Origin: Nitrososphaeria archaeon
GTDB lineage: Archaea; Thermoproteota; Nitrososphaeria; JACIWG01
Assembly (NCBI GenBank): GCA_963752255.1
Contig: CAVVXT010000014.1
Coordinates: 64,001-128,000, forward strand
Length of the DNA: 64,000 nucleotides
Direction: 5' to 3'
Part shown: positions 18,442 to 29,028 of the stretch, piece after piece
How positions within the stretch are numbered: position 1 is the stretch's first letter
How the letters are laid out: each line of letters starts with the position of its first letter
Notes under the pieces: generated by a model
The model's input: only the letters and a program-made list of their open reading frames with translations
Told to the model about the DNA's origin: nothing
Databases searched by the model: none
Made by a program: the position numbers and the translations under genes

Positions 18442-20366
18442 ACAGTAACTTGCAACATAAAAACAACTCTGACAAAGCCTCTGGCACAGTCTTTCTGCAG
18501 AGCATTCCTCCCCAAGCAGAGGTCACGAATATAGAATATGAAGGTCCAAGATTTGCCATTTACACAAAGAATCCGAAGTTCTTCGTAGAGAATAACTTCG
18601 TAATATCTGATATTGTCTCGAATCTTAAAAAGAGAGTTGTTATTAGAGCTGATAAATCAATAAGAAAAACAGAGGAGCAGACAAAAGAAATCATCTCTAA
18701 AAGGCTTCCTTCGGATCTTGTTATAGAACGTTTTATTTTCGATAAGGTACTGGGAGAAGTTTTTGTCGAACTGAAAGATCTGTACAAAATTTATTCTAAG
18801 ATAGCGGAACTTAACCAGAACATCTTTTCTGAGACAGGATGGAGGCCTAAGTTCAGAAAGACTTCTTCGTTGAGATCTGAAGGTTTAGAACAGGTCTATC
18901 ATGTACTACAAACCGACTCGAATGATAGAGAGCGTATACTAAAAGATGTCGGAGAATATATTTTTAGGCAAAAGCTTACTGAGAAAATAGAAGTGCTCGC
19001 CTCATTCCTGGGCGGGTCCCAACAGGTCGGACGTTCATGCGTACAGGTAAGAACTAACGAGAGCAACATTCTGATAGATTGTGGTATAAACCCTGGTGCA
19101 AATGACCCTTTGGATATGTACCCAAGACTGGACATGTATTCGAAGAATCTAGATGATCTTGATGCTGTAATAATAAGTCACGCTCACCTTGATCATTGTG
19201 GTTTTCTTCCTGCGCTTTTCAAATATGGATATGATGGGCCAGTTTATTGTTCTGAACCAACCCTCAACCTTATGGCTCTGTTATTGACCGACTTCATAAA
19301 AATTTCTTCTTCTGAAAATGCGATATCTTTATTTGATATGAGAGATTTGAGGGAAACAATTCAGCATTGCATACCCTTACCTTATGGTTCTGTCACTGAT
19401 ATTTCTCCTGACACCAAACTGATACTTAACAACGCGGGCCACATATTGGGCTCAGCATCAGTTCACTTACATTTTGGAGAAGGCGTATATAATCTCGTCT
19501 ACACAGGCGATTTCAAGTTCGAAAAGACCCAGTTACTAGATGCTGCTCAATACGGTTTTCCACGCGTAGAGACCGTTATTATAGAAAGCACTTACGGCTC
19601 TAAAGAGGACATTATGCCCTCTAGACTGGATGTAGAACGGTACTTTGTAAATTCGATAAACAGTTCTCTTTCTAAGGGGGGTAAGGTGTTGATTCCTGTT
19701 CCAGCTGTAGGGCGCGCACAGGAAATCATGTTAGTCTTAGACTCTTATTTGAAGTCAAAGGAAATGATCGAGTGTCCTGTGTTTATTGAAGGTATGATCA
19801 CTGATGCGACAGCCATTCATATCGCATTTCCAGACTATCTTGCTTCTGAACTAAGGTCTTCTATTGTTGAGAGAGGAATTAACCCGTTCGAATCTGAGTA
19901 CTTTACTGTGATAAATAAACCTGATGAGAGAGAAGAGGCGTTGCAACAAGGTCCGGCAATCATAATGGCTACATCCGGTATGCTTGAAGGAGGTCCGGCA
20001 ATAAGATACTTAGAAGAGATTTCCGGAGATGAACGAAACAAGGTGCTTTTTGTATCCTATCAAATTAATGGCACACTCGGCCGCCGTGTTCTGGATGGAG
20101 CTAAACAGATAAGTATAATTGACGACGATGGTAAAATAAAGATAATGGATTTAAGGTGCGAAATAGACAAGGTTGTAGGATTCAGCGGCCACAGTGACTA
20201 CAATCAGATTATGAAGTTTATTGCGAAACTTAGACCAAAACTCAGGAATGTCGTGGTTAATCATGGTGAGAAGGCAAAGACTCTTAGTATAAGCAATAAC
20301 ATAAGTAGACTTTTCCGTTTGCCAGCCACAGCGCCTGCTAGCCTGGAAACGCTTAGGTTTGTCTAA
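18435..20366 (+). CDS. fttA: aCPSF1/FttA beta-CASP ribonuclease with KH domains
   Basis: HAHLDH, AGHILGS, ESTYG, FSGHSD and HGE; follows psmB. Confidence 0.94.
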   Translation: MVDSNLQHKNNSDKASGTVFLQSIPPQAEVTNIEYEGPRFAIYTKNPKFFVENNFVISDIVSNLKKRVVIRADKSIRKTEEQTKEIISKRLPSDLVIERFIFDKVLGEVFVELKDLYKIYSKIAELNQNIFSETGWRPKFRKTSSLRSEGLEQVYHVLQTDSNDRERILKDVGEYIFRQKLTEKIEVLASFLGGSQQVGRSCVQVRTNESNILIDCGINPGANDPLDMYPRLDMYSKNLDDLDAVIISHAHLDHCGFLPALFKYGYDGPVYCSEPTLNLMALLLTDFIKISSSENAISLFDMRDLRETIQHCIPLPYGSVTDISPDTKLILNNAGHILGSASVHLHFGEGVYNLVYTGDFKFEKTQLLDAAQYGFPRVETVIIESTYGSKEDIMPSRLDVERYFVNSINSSLSKGGKVLIPVPAVGRAQEIMLVLDSYLKSKEMIECPVFIEGMITDATAIHIAFPDYLASELRSSIVERGINPFESEYFTVINKPDEREEALQQGPAIIMATSGMLEGGPAIRYLEEISGDERNKVLFVSYQINGTLGRRVLDGAKQISIIDDDGKIKIMDLRCEIDKVVGFSGHSDYNQIMKFIAKLRPKLRNVVVNHGEKAKTLSISNNISRLFRLPATAPASLETLRFV

Positions 20367-20650
20367 CCTCTCCATATGCCGACGGTGGGCGGTGTAATTA
20401 TTATCCTGTCTTCTCCGAGTCTAGCAATATCGCCACCATTTGCTGTCGCGATTTCGTAAAGTCTGCTTACGGCCTCCCTGAGTTCTTCAATATTTTTTTG
20501 AGCTAGTGGGGTTATCCTTAGTATGACTATCGTATTGTTTTCTATATCTTCCTTTACTTTTTCGACTTCGGTCGCCGACCTGAGCGCATATGCCTTTAGC
20601 AGCATCCGTACACTTTGACGCTTCTCATTATTGATTAACTCGCTTGCCAA
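20363..20650 (-). CDS. sepF: SepF-family cell division protein
   Basis: GGDIARLG..RIIITP. Confidence 0.85.
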   Translation of the reverse strand: MASELINNEKRQSVRMLLKAYALRSATEVEKVKEDIENNTIVILRITPLAQKNIEELREAVSRLYEIATANGGDIARLGEDRIIITPPTVGIWRG

Positions 20651-20781
20651 GGTCTAACGCCCTATTGTAGAACTTTTACATCCTTGTTTTTAAACGTTAG
20701 CATAAGTTAATCATTTTGATAAAAAATTTTAATATAAAAATTGCTATAAAACTCTTATTAGCGTATGTGAAGTCCTAGTCG

Positions 20782-21309
20782 ATGGAAGAACTTTCTAAGA
20801 ACGTTCTGATAGTCTTTTGTGGCCCATCAGGCGCTGGTAAGACTACGGTTGCAAGAATGGTCTCAGAAGACCTGGCGAGGAGCACTCCAACAATTCATGT
20901 ACAAACTGATTTGATAAGGAAGATGTTCGTTAAACCATCGTATAACAGGAGTGAAAGCCACTTTGTGTACTCTCTACTATACGAAATCACAAGAAAGCTC
21001 TTGCCGCAAAACTATAACGTTATATTGGATGGCACTTTCCTTAATAATAGTTATAGGCTAAGGGCCATCCAGATTGCAAGATACTTCAGAAAGCGTTATC
21101 TGATAGTTGGATTAAAAGCGAATCTGGCTACCTTGATAGAAAGGAACAAGAGTCGCTCATCCGAGGAACATGTGCCTGACAGAACGGTTACCGGCTTCTG
21201 GATCAGATTTCAATATCCTATGAACGGTATTATGATAGATACCGACCTGCATTCACCTGAAGAATGTGCTGGGATTATTCTTCAAAGGCTTTCCTATTTG
21301 CAAAGGTAG
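20782..21309 (+). CDS. P-loop kinase (AAA_33 / PSTK-KTI12-like)
   Basis: GPSGAGKTT, TDLIR, VILDGTF and RNKSR. Confidence 0.75.
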   Translation: MEELSKNVLIVFCGPSGAGKTTVARMVSEDLARSTPTIHVQTDLIRKMFVKPSYNRSESHFVYSLLYEITRKLLPQNYNVILDGTFLNNSYRLRAIQIARYFRKRYLIVGLKANLATLIERNKSRSSEEHVPDRTVTGFWIRFQYPMNGIMIDTDLHSPEECAGIILQRLSYLQR

Positions 21310-21310
21310 C

Positions 21311-21802
21311 TCAGGACAGTTTTATATCCTTCATGATGTCCCAATATTTGTCTCCAACATAGTGAAGGTTGTCTAGTACTACTCCCTTTACTGTCTTTTC
21401 AGCCTCACTTTTTTCCACAAGTGCTCGTGCTATAGAGATATACTTACCATGAATCGCATCCTTTACGCATACGACATCGCCTTCAGAAAATTCTCCTTCA
21501 AAGGCGACTATTCCAGGTCTCATGATTTTCGCACCTTTACATATATAAGGTATTGCGCCTTTATCCACTTTTATGTAAGGAAGTTTTCCAAGAAAACCTT
21601 CTTCGCAAACAAGCGAGGGGAAGATCTCTTCCTTTTCTTTTATCAGGACAATTTTGTCAAGTAATAAAACCTGCGCGTCTTTTTCTATTTCTATTACCCT
21701 ATTACCTTTTTCCTTTACATCTGGGAGGTCAACCTTCAGCTGTTTTTTGATTTCTTCTAGCACGTTTTTTGTATCCGTCTTGGAAAGGTAGAATTCGCGC
21801 AC
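21311..21802 (-). CDS. PUA-domain RNA-binding protein (Tma20/MCT-1-like)
   Basis: VDKGAI...GAKIMRPGI and HYVGDKYW. Confidence 0.88.
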   Translation of the reverse strand: MREFYLSKTDTKNVLEEIKKQLKVDLPDVKEKGNRVIEIEKDAQVLLLDKIVLIKEKEEIFPSLVCEEGFLGKLPYIKVDKGAIPYICKGAKIMRPGIVAFEGEFSEGDVVCVKDAIHGKYISIARALVEKSEAEKTVKGVVLDNLHYVGDKYWDIMKDIKLS

Positions 21803-21896
21803 ACCATTTTTCTCCTACATATTATTTCTTAAACTTTATCAAAAAGGTAAGGTAAATAAAGAGGTGTTTTAGAGTTGGTATCAGTAGGCGACTCAT

Positions 21897-22124
21897 TTGT
21901 CACTCGATTTAGCTGTAAAGATGTTGGAAACAAGCTTAGGTAAGATTGTACTCGTTAAGCTAAAGGGTGGACGTGCGATCCGAGGCATTTTGAAAGGTTA
22001 TGATCAGCATATGAACTTTTTGCTTGAACAGTCAGAGGAAATCATGGACGATGGTAAAGCCTCCTCGCTTGGTACTATTGTTGTACGCGGTGACAACGTT
22101 ATACTCATATCACCTTCTCCATAG
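21897..22124 (+). CDS. Sm-like (LSm/SmAP) protein
   Basis: [11 protein letters not shown] and [11 protein letters not shown]. Confidence 0.95.
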   Translation: MSLDLAVKMLETSLGKIVLVKLKGGRAIRGILKGYDQHMNFLLEQSEEIMDDGKASSLGTIVVRGDNVILISPSP

Positions 22125-22133
22125 GTGACATAA

Positions 22134-22280
22134 ATGAAAGGTACTACTTCTAGTGGGCCAAAGGGAAAGAGGCCAAGAACTCATATGATATGTCGAAGAT
22201 GCGGTAAGCCTTCTTTTCATGTGAGTAAGAAAAGATGCTCATTCTGTGGTTTTGGTGCGACAAAGAAGCTTAGGAAGTAG
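22134..22280 (+). CDS. rpl37e: 50S ribosomal protein L37e (48 aa, absent from the ORF track)
   Basis: MKGTTS...THMICRRCG..SFH..KKRCSFCGFG; conserved position after LSm. Confidence 0.93.
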   Translation: MKGTTSSGPKGKRPRTHMICRRCGKPSFHVSKKRCSFCGFGATKKLRK

Positions 22281-22289
22281 TTCTCTTGC

Positions 22290-22319
22290 ACCAATATGTT
22301 TAATACCAATATGTTTAAT
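22290..22319. repeat. Perfect 15-bp tandem duplication
   Basis: ACCAATATGTTTAAT x2. Confidence 0.9.
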
Positions 22320-22346
22320 TATAGGCTGAGAAAGGATTATTAAAAG

Positions 22347-22997
22347 ATGTCCCTCAACGATATCCTGATTGGCGTTGCCTTCGGCCTTTCTTCAGGTGCT
22401 ATCTTAGGTTTTTTTGTCTCAAAGTATTTGATTAAGCCTCCGACTAAGGTTACTCCTCCAAAACAGCTTGAAGTTAAGCCGTCAACCATTCCTCCTGAAG
22501 AAGCGAAGAATGCAAGACAGGAATTGAAGACCTTGCTTTTAGAGAAGGACTTGTTAGGCAATGCCATAACCCGGGTTTTTGAGTTAGAAGCCCAAGGACA
22601 GGTTTCTAAGGAAGAACGCGATATTCTTGTTAAAAGATACAAGGATCGACTCCAAGAAGTTGACGGCAAACTAGACGATATCGAGCTCATAATCGAAGTA
22701 GGTGAGCTGGAACATCTTAGAAATGAATTAGTCACTTTGATCACAAGAAAGCTAGACGATGTTGACAAGAAACTTGAAAAAGCATTGGTCCGCTTGGACG
22801 CTCTGAAAATCAGAAGTCCTCCTCCAGTTGCACAAAGTAAGGGTCAGCAAGCGAAGGAAGCTGCGGTTCCAAAGGTTGAGAAGAGACCACAACGAATACT
22901 CGAATCATCAGTTGACAAAGAACTCAAGCAGTACAGGGAAGAAATAATGGAGGCACTTGATAAGCTAGAGCAAATAGATTTAGAAGAGGGACAGTAG
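22347..22997 (+). CDS. Hypothetical protein, N-terminal TM helix plus coiled coil
   Basis: Hydrophobic residues 6-25, Pro-rich linker and heptad-rich helices. Confidence 0.7.
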   Translation: MSLNDILIGVAFGLSSGAILGFFVSKYLIKPPTKVTPPKQLEVKPSTIPPEEAKNARQELKTLLLEKDLLGNAITRVFELEAQGQVSKEERDILVKRYKDRLQEVDGKLDDIELIIEVGELEHLRNELVTLITRKLDDVDKKLEKALVRLDALKIRSPPPVAQSKGQQAKEAAVPKVEKRPQRILESSVDKELKQYREEIMEALDKLEQIDLEEGQ

Positions 22998-22998
22998 C

Positions 22999-23670
22999 TT
23001 GGATTCCCCAATTAAAAAGATTGCCGAGGACCTGGTTGATAAGATAAACAAGATTAGATACATAGGTATGGGAAGTGGCCGTACTATGTCCGATTTTGTC
23101 GATGCCCTAGCCAGCTTTAAGATAAAAAATGAACAAAAATTTGTCCCTACTTCTTACCAGATCGCTCTTAAACTAAGGGAAAAGAATTTCGAAGTCGAAA
23201 TGTTCCCTCACATTAAAAAAATTGAATTATACATCGATGGTGTGGACCAGATCGAAGAGAAGAGTCATTTTGCAATAAAAGGCGGTGGTGGAGCACTTCA
23301 AAAGGAGAAGATATTGATGAATAACTCTGAGGAGACAGTTTTTATCCTTCAGGAAAAAAAGGTAGCAGAGAGATTGGGAACGGGATGTCCGGTTCCAGTT
23401 GAAGTGTCGCCTTTCGCTTCATCTTTCGTAACAAATTATATGAAGGAATTAGGTGCAAGTTCAGAACTGAGGAAAGATCAGAGAGGCTTTCCCATATTCA
23501 CTGAAGGTGGTAACATGATTATAGATGTCTCCTTTAATGGGATATCTGATGTCATCGATTTGGAACATAAGATAAAAGCCCAACCAGGAGTAATTGAAGT
23601 TGGTCTCTTCACTAAAAAGCCATCCTATATCTACATACTAAAGGAATCATCCTTTGAAAAAAGAAGCTGA
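22999..23670 (+). CDS. rpiA: Ribose-5-phosphate isomerase A
   Basis: GMGSGRT, DGVDQ, IKGGGGAL.KEKI and PGVIEVGLF. Confidence 0.93.
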   Translation: MDSPIKKIAEDLVDKINKIRYIGMGSGRTMSDFVDALASFKIKNEQKFVPTSYQIALKLREKNFEVEMFPHIKKIELYIDGVDQIEEKSHFAIKGGGGALQKEKILMNNSEETVFILQEKKVAERLGTGCPVPVEVSPFASSFVTNYMKELGASSELRKDQRGFPIFTEGGNMIIDVSFNGISDVIDLEHKIKAQPGVIEVGLFTKKPSYIYILKESSFEKRS

Positions 23671-23791
23671 CAATACGACTTTCTATCTGTTGTAACGTAT
23701 CGAGTCAGATTTTATCTTAAGACGAGTCTACATCAGCTGAGTCAACTTCACATTGAACGTTTGAAAGAGGATATGGGAAGGATTTCAACGA

Positions 23792-24976
23792 TTAGAGTTT
23801 TTTAGAGAACTCTTGACCTAATTCAAAGCACCTTTTAATCTCTTCTTTGTTAGGCGCCCAATTAACTTTCAGTGGTGGAGCAACAACTTCTATTCCTGCC
23901 TTTCCGAGTCTTTCTTCTATTATCTTAGTCGCCTGTCCTCCCCATCCATAGGATCCAAAGGTTGCTGCGACCTTCTTGAGGGGCCTGAGCCCTTCCACTT
24001 CTTCAAGGAATGGGGCCAACGTTGGTAATATACCGTTATTGATCGTCGATGATCCAATAATTATTCCCTTTGATTCGAGAAGCTCCATGAGGATGTCGCT
24101 TCTGTCAGAATATGGAAGCCGGAATAGAGAGGTTACCACGCCTTCATGCTCTAAACCTTCGACTATGGCTTTAGCCATCTTCTCCGTGCTACCCCACATT
24201 GTATCATATACAACAATTACCTTCTTGTTCGATTCTCCGTTCGCCCATCTAAGATATGCCTCAATTATCTTCATTGGGTTGCTGCGCCAGATAATGCCGT
24301 GGCTTGGAGCTATCATCTTAATCTTTAACCCTATCCTTTGTACTTCTTCGATCTTTCTCTTTACCAGTTGGCTAAGGGGCCATAGTATGTTAGCGTAATA
24401 TTTGGCAGCTTCTTCCATCAGTATTCTTTCGTCAACTTCGTCATCAAAACGTTTTGAAGTCGCTAGATGTTGGCCAAAGGCATCATTCGGAAGCAATAAT
24501 TCGTCCTTCTCAATATATGTGAACATGCTATCTGGCCAGTGAAGCATTGGGGCTTCAAGAAACGTTAGTGTCCGTTTTCCAAGGTTTAACTGATCGCCCG
24601 TCTTTACAACTTGGAAGTTCCAGTTGCCAAAATAGTGTTTTTCTAAGCCCGCCTTACATTTCGCTGTTCCTATAACCTTGGCATTTGGAGCTAACTTTAG
24701 CACTTCGCCTATGGCTCCGGAGTGGTCCGTTTCAACATGGTTTGCTATAATGTAGTCTATCTTGGAAGGTTCAATGACATCCTTTATCCTTTCTATCATT
24801 TCCTCCGAGAATGGCCCATAAACGCTATCGACTAATACAACCTTTTCATCGACTATTAAGTAGGCGTTGTAGGTAGTTCCCCTATGGGTTGAATAAGTAA
24901 AACCATGGAAGTTTCTAACGTTCCAGTCTACAACACCAACCCAGAAGATGTTCTCTAAAATTTCTATTGCTGACAT
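23792..24976 (-). CDS. fprA: Flavodiiron protein (FprA family)
   Basis: HVETDH, HWPD, NDAFG, SHG and flavodoxin TMWGST / FGSYGWGG. Confidence 0.93.
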   Translation of the reverse strand: MSAIEILENIFWVGVVDWNVRNFHGFTYSTHRGTTYNAYLIVDEKVVLVDSVYGPFSEEMIERIKDVIEPSKIDYIIANHVETDHSGAIGEVLKLAPNAKVIGTAKCKAGLEKHYFGNWNFQVVKTGDQLNLGKRTLTFLEAPMLHWPDSMFTYIEKDELLLPNDAFGQHLATSKRFDDEVDERILMEEAAKYYANILWPLSQLVKRKIEEVQRIGLKIKMIAPSHGIIWRSNPMKIIEAYLRWANGESNKKVIVVYDTMWGSTEKMAKAIVEGLEHEGVVTSLFRLPYSDRSDILMELLESKGIIIGSSTINNGILPTLAPFLEEVEGLRPLKKVAATFGSYGWGGQATKIIEERLGKAGIEVVAPPLKVNWAPNKEEIKRCFELGQEFSKKL

Positions 24977-25643
24977 ATTCAGGTCATTTTACTCCGCTTG
25001 GACTTAAACTAACGGTAAAATTTATCTTTTTATGAAGCAAGATGTGAATCAGTTTAGATAAATGTTTCTCGGTTTATGCTAAGTTAAAAAATTGATAAAA
25101 GACCATTTAAAGGAAATCTCCATCGTTTATCGGATGATATCATTGTCCAGTCTATCTGTTTCTGTTCGAATCTAATACTTGAACGTAGGATTTATACTGA
25201 ATGGGTTCAAATCTTTTTTTGAGAAAAATTTTTTTACTATGTAAATTGAAGCCGTCTATGAAATTTATCTCATTCCCATTGTTAAGATAATCAACTTATC
25301 CTAATATCGCTGTAATTATAAGTTACTCGGCAAATTTTTTCCTTTCTCAGCTTTTAAATTCGAGCCATATTAATTTTCTGAGTATTATGCATTTTTTTGA
25401 AATACTTTGATAAATAAACAAAATAATAATATATTCAAAAAGACTTATGTAGAATTAATTTCTAAAAGAATTTATAAAACTTGTAAAGTTTGTTTTAAAA
25501 ATGTTATCATGTTTCTGAGTGTTTATGACATAGTAAAAGAGAAAATGGGAAAAGTAACAGGAGACATATTTTTGAGGAAAAGACGGAAACCTCACAAATA
25601 GATAATGCATATGTATGAAATAATCTATAAACAATTGCGGCTG

Positions 25644-26837
25644 TCAACTGCTCTCTTTAAGGACGTTAACTATATTCTCGACAAGTATGTCGGCTTTCTT
25701 TTTATCTTCTTCAGATATTTTACCTTTCACCAGCAGTTGTGGTTCTAAAACCTTCATGCCTATTTCTAAAAGCCTGCTTTTTAGAGTATCGGTAATATTA
25801 CTACCCCAGCTATAGTTGGTGAAAATCGCAAAGGTCTTAGGTCGAACATGCTTTATCGTCATGTATTCAATAATATTCGATACAAGCGGGAATATTTGAC
25901 CTTCATAGGTTGGTGATCCTATCATAACCACCTTCGAATCTAATATATCTGTTAAAATATAGCTTGGATGAACTATACCCAAATCATGTAAGATAACATC
26001 TATCCCTTTTTCTCTCAGTTTTGATCTAAAGTACTCTGCACATTCTTTTGTATGTTCATACATACTCCCATAAATAATCAGAACTTTGTTTTCATCTTTA
26101 CCTGAACTCCATTGAAGATATTTAGATATAGGATAGTTCGGATTATTCCTGTAAATAGGGCCATGTGTTGTGCAGAGAATTTTTATCGGAAGATCTTGAA
26201 TCTTTTCACCTGCTTTGATGATGAACAGTGAATAATGGGAAAATATATCTGCAAAATATCTCTTCATTTCAATCTCATAAGATGAAACATTTTTTTGATC
26301 GTCAAATAAATTTCCGTTCATTGTGCTAAAGGTTCCAAAGGCATCGCCTGAAAATAAAACTTGATCCTCTACATCATAAGTAAAGATTGTTTCAGGCCAA
26401 TGAAGCCAGGGTGCAGTAATAATTTTTAATGTGCGGTCACCAAGTGATATTATTTCACCATCTTTGACCACTAGACTATTGAAGTCTTTATGGTAGTATG
26501 CCTTTGCTATATTAATCGCCATCTGTGATCCAATAACTTTTGCTTTAGGTGCGTACTTTAGAATTTCCCCAAGAGATCCGCTGTGATCTGGTTCCAAGTG
26601 ATTTAGAACTATATAGTCGATCTTTGAAGGTTCAACGACTTCCTTAACATTTTCTAAGAACTCTTTTGAATAGAACTTGTCCACAGTATCTATCAGCACA
26701 GTCTTCTCTGAACCTTTGATAATGTACGAATTGTAAGTTATACCCTGAGGTATAGGCCACAATCCTTCAAATAAGATGTTTCTATAATCATTAATTCCTA
26801 CCCAGAATAAATTATCAAGGATTTTAACCGAAACCAA
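25644..26837 (-). CDS. fprA: Second flavodiiron protein (FprA family)
   Basis: HLEPDH, HWPE, GDAFG, THG and SMYEHT. Confidence 0.92.
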   Translation of the reverse strand: MVSVKILDNLFWVGINDYRNILFEGLWPIPQGITYNSYIIKGSEKTVLIDTVDKFYSKEFLENVKEVVEPSKIDYIVLNHLEPDHSGSLGEILKYAPKAKVIGSQMAINIAKAYYHKDFNSLVVKDGEIISLGDRTLKIITAPWLHWPETIFTYDVEDQVLFSGDAFGTFSTMNGNLFDDQKNVSSYEIEMKRYFADIFSHYSLFIIKAGEKIQDLPIKILCTTHGPIYRNNPNYPISKYLQWSSGKDENKVLIIYGSMYEHTKECAEYFRSKLREKGIDVILHDLGIVHPSYILTDILDSKVVMIGSPTYEGQIFPLVSNIIEYMTIKHVRPKTFAIFTNYSWGSNITDTLKSRLLEIGMKVLEPQLLVKGKISEEDKKKADILVENIVNVLKESS

Positions 26838-26950
26838 TTAGAATTCGCCCATATCAATTTCTATATTTGATGATATAAAATTTTTTTATTTTCTCTCAGG
26901 TCCAGGGGCTGTTATCATGATCATCTTAGCAACTTTAATCTAAAATGAAG

Positions 26951-27025
26951 TGGACCGGGTGGGACTCGAACCCACGACCTCTCCCATGCCAAGGGAGCAT
27001 AACTACCAACCTGTACTACCGGCCC
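26951..27025 (-). tRNA. tRNA-Ala(GGC)
   Basis: Reverse-complement cloverleaf; CTCCC-TT GGC AT-GGGAG; G3:U70. Confidence 0.94.
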
Positions 27026-27099
27026 ATAGCGCTTTATAACTCATAGGCGGTCTAAAATACTTAATAGATTTTACTATTTTTAATCATTTACCACGCCAA

Positions 27100-27544
27100 A
27101 TTTAAACATGAATGAATCTAAAATATTATTCAGTCTATTAACCCTTTCATATGATAGAGTGCCAAACGGAGCCAGAAAGTTGAAGACAATCATCGGGAGA
27201 TGTATCGTCAATTAGACGATTTGATTGCTAACTATGATTCAATAAGATCAAAAACCATAGACTTTGAGAAACGTTCTGAGTTCGGTCTACAGCTCTACAG
27301 GGCATTGAACCGATTTATTTCATTCTATCTTACGCGCATCAATGAAGAAGAGAAGGATGTGCAGCCTACGTTTTGGAGGTTCTGCATGAACAAGGATTTG
27401 GCAGACGCTTTGCATACAATTATAACAAGTCAAAAGCCTGAAGAGCTCAAGTATAACTTTGCGATGATGGTTCCAGTCATGAATTTGAATGATCAGATTG
27501 TTAATAGATCTATTGCCTTTGCAACTTTAATTAATAGAGCTTAA
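27100..27544 (+). pseudogene. Degraded hemerythrin/HHE-domain gene (5' boundary approximate)
   Basis: DRVPNGAR / VEDNH split by a frameshift; RINEEE where a HxxEEE ligand motif is expected; no intact N-terminus. Confidence 0.6.
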
Positions 27545-27666
27545 CTATTTCAATACTCACGTGACAGAATAACAGATGTAAAAAATTTTGCAGAAAAATA
27601 TTTAAAGTGAGTCATAGGCCAACAATGTTGTCTAAAGCGAGGAAAAATAAGAAACTGAAGACAAAT

Positions 27667-27741
27667 GCGACCGTAGTCTAGTCTGGTCTAGGACGGGAGC
27701 CTGCCACGCTTCTGACCCGGGTTCAAATCCCGGCGGTCGCA
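27667..27741 (+). tRNA. tRNA-Gly(GCC)
   Basis: Cloverleaf; GGAGC-CT GCC AC-GCTTC. Confidence 0.95.
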
Positions 27742-27863
27742 TCCTAAACAATAGGCAAAAATTAGTATCCTCAACCCATAGTAAAAATTCTAAGAAACTT
27801 CACGTTTGCGGCTTAATCGACGATTTAAAATTATATATACCATCCTTAAGTGGCAATAACATA

Positions 27864-28478
27864 ATGCCTTACGGATTCAACTTTGATCTAAACAGCATTC
27901 CAAAGGCTTTCTTCAAGGAATTGGTGCTCGTCGCTTACAGGGGCAATGTTCATGCAAAGCTTGGCACACGGGCTAAAACGCTGGTCAAAAAATTCAAGAT
28001 AAACGAACTTACCGGCGTAGATTTCGGAGATGCGATAACACTTGTTGAAGACCTTATAACGGTTTACGCCAAGAACTTTGAATATCAGCCTTCATTCCAG
28101 TCCACCAACAGGAGGGCCGTCTTTTTGCCCCATTGTTCAAGGAAGTACATGGATGGAAGATGTAAGGCTTCCTTTGATCCAGCAATACCAGCCTACATGT
28201 GTAACTCCTGTTCGGAGGACTGCCTTGTAAATCAGGCTACAAAGATTGCGAGAAGTAAAATGTACGATGTATTCGTTGTTCCGGGTGGATCATGCATACC
28301 AAAAATACTGAAGGAAAGAGGGTATGACGGTATGATAGGAGTGGCGTGCAGCCAAGAACTGAAAATGTCCACATCCCCCTTAGATGCGTTGAAGGTTTCT
28401 GGGCAGGGGATACCTTTAACGAAGAACGGCTGTGCAAACACCAAATTTGAGCTTGACACATTAAGGGCAGTACTATAA
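27864..28478 (+). CDS. DUF116 family Cys-rich protein
   Basis: LPHC, CNSC..DC, VPGGS, GVAC..EL and GC..T. Confidence 0.85.
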   Translation: MPYGFNFDLNSIPKAFFKELVLVAYRGNVHAKLGTRAKTLVKKFKINELTGVDFGDAITLVEDLITVYAKNFEYQPSFQSTNRRAVFLPHCSRKYMDGRCKASFDPAIPAYMCNSCSEDCLVNQATKIARSKMYDVFVVPGGSCIPKILKERGYDGMIGVACSQELKMSTSPLDALKVSGQGIPLTKNGCANTKFELDTLRAVL

Positions 28479-28581
28479 AGGAATTTAAAATCAGCGGTCA
28501 TGTTTTAGTTCTACTTCTAAGAGCCATTCAAGGCCATAAAAGTTATAATATCTTGTTAAGGAACATGACTTGGCTAGAGCT

Positions 28582-28655
28582 GCCGAGGTAGCTCAGCCTG
28601 GGAGAGCACTCGGCTGAAGACCGAGCCGTCGCCGGTTCAAACCCGGCCCTCGGCA
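28582..28655 (+). tRNA. tRNA-Phe(GAA)
   Basis: Cloverleaf; CTCGG-CT GAA GA-CCGAG. Confidence 0.96.
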
Positions 28656-28955
28656 CTTATTTTTGGGCTCAATTAACTTTCCTAAAAGCCATTAAGTGCA
28701 TAGTAATATTATAAACATAAGTTTATGCTCTTAGGTTCACAGCCTTCCGGTGGTTTTGCATCGAACTTTGAGCGTGCTATGAGTGATTCTCGTGAGTTCT
28801 AAATCAAATAGAGAATACCTTTTCTCTTGCAGATTCCGTAGTTTATTTCGTTCAGGAAAAAAATTGGAAGTAATCATGTTCGTGTTCCTCTTATTTTATC
28901 GTAGATTCTAGAAAAGTTAATTTAAAGTACCTATCCATTGCTAGAGTGGCTTAAA

Positions 28956-29020
28956 GGCATACGGTAGTTTGACGGGCAAACCGACCTACAAGGGATGAAG
29001 ATAACATTGCCGTATGCCGA
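28956..29020 (+). ncRNA. Candidate C/D-box-like guide RNA (single C'/D' kink-turn, 13-bp closing stem)
   Basis: GGCATACGGTAGT/ATTGCCGTATGCC stem; CCGA-cc(tacaa)gg-gATGAAGA K-turn; TATA-like TTTAAA at 28921. Confidence 0.6.
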
Positions 29021-29028
29021 GAAAACGT

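Noticed and set aside
24977-25643. Long AT-rich spacer and 64-aa ORF 25407-25601
   Set aside because: Low-complexity Lys/Asn composition; no repeats, CRISPR array or ORB-like motifs seen
28972-28984. GGGCAAACC resembling a c-di-GMP-I riboswitch
   Set aside because: The rest of the aptamer (GNRA/receptor, GACGCAAAG) is absent, and the downstream gene is a tRNA
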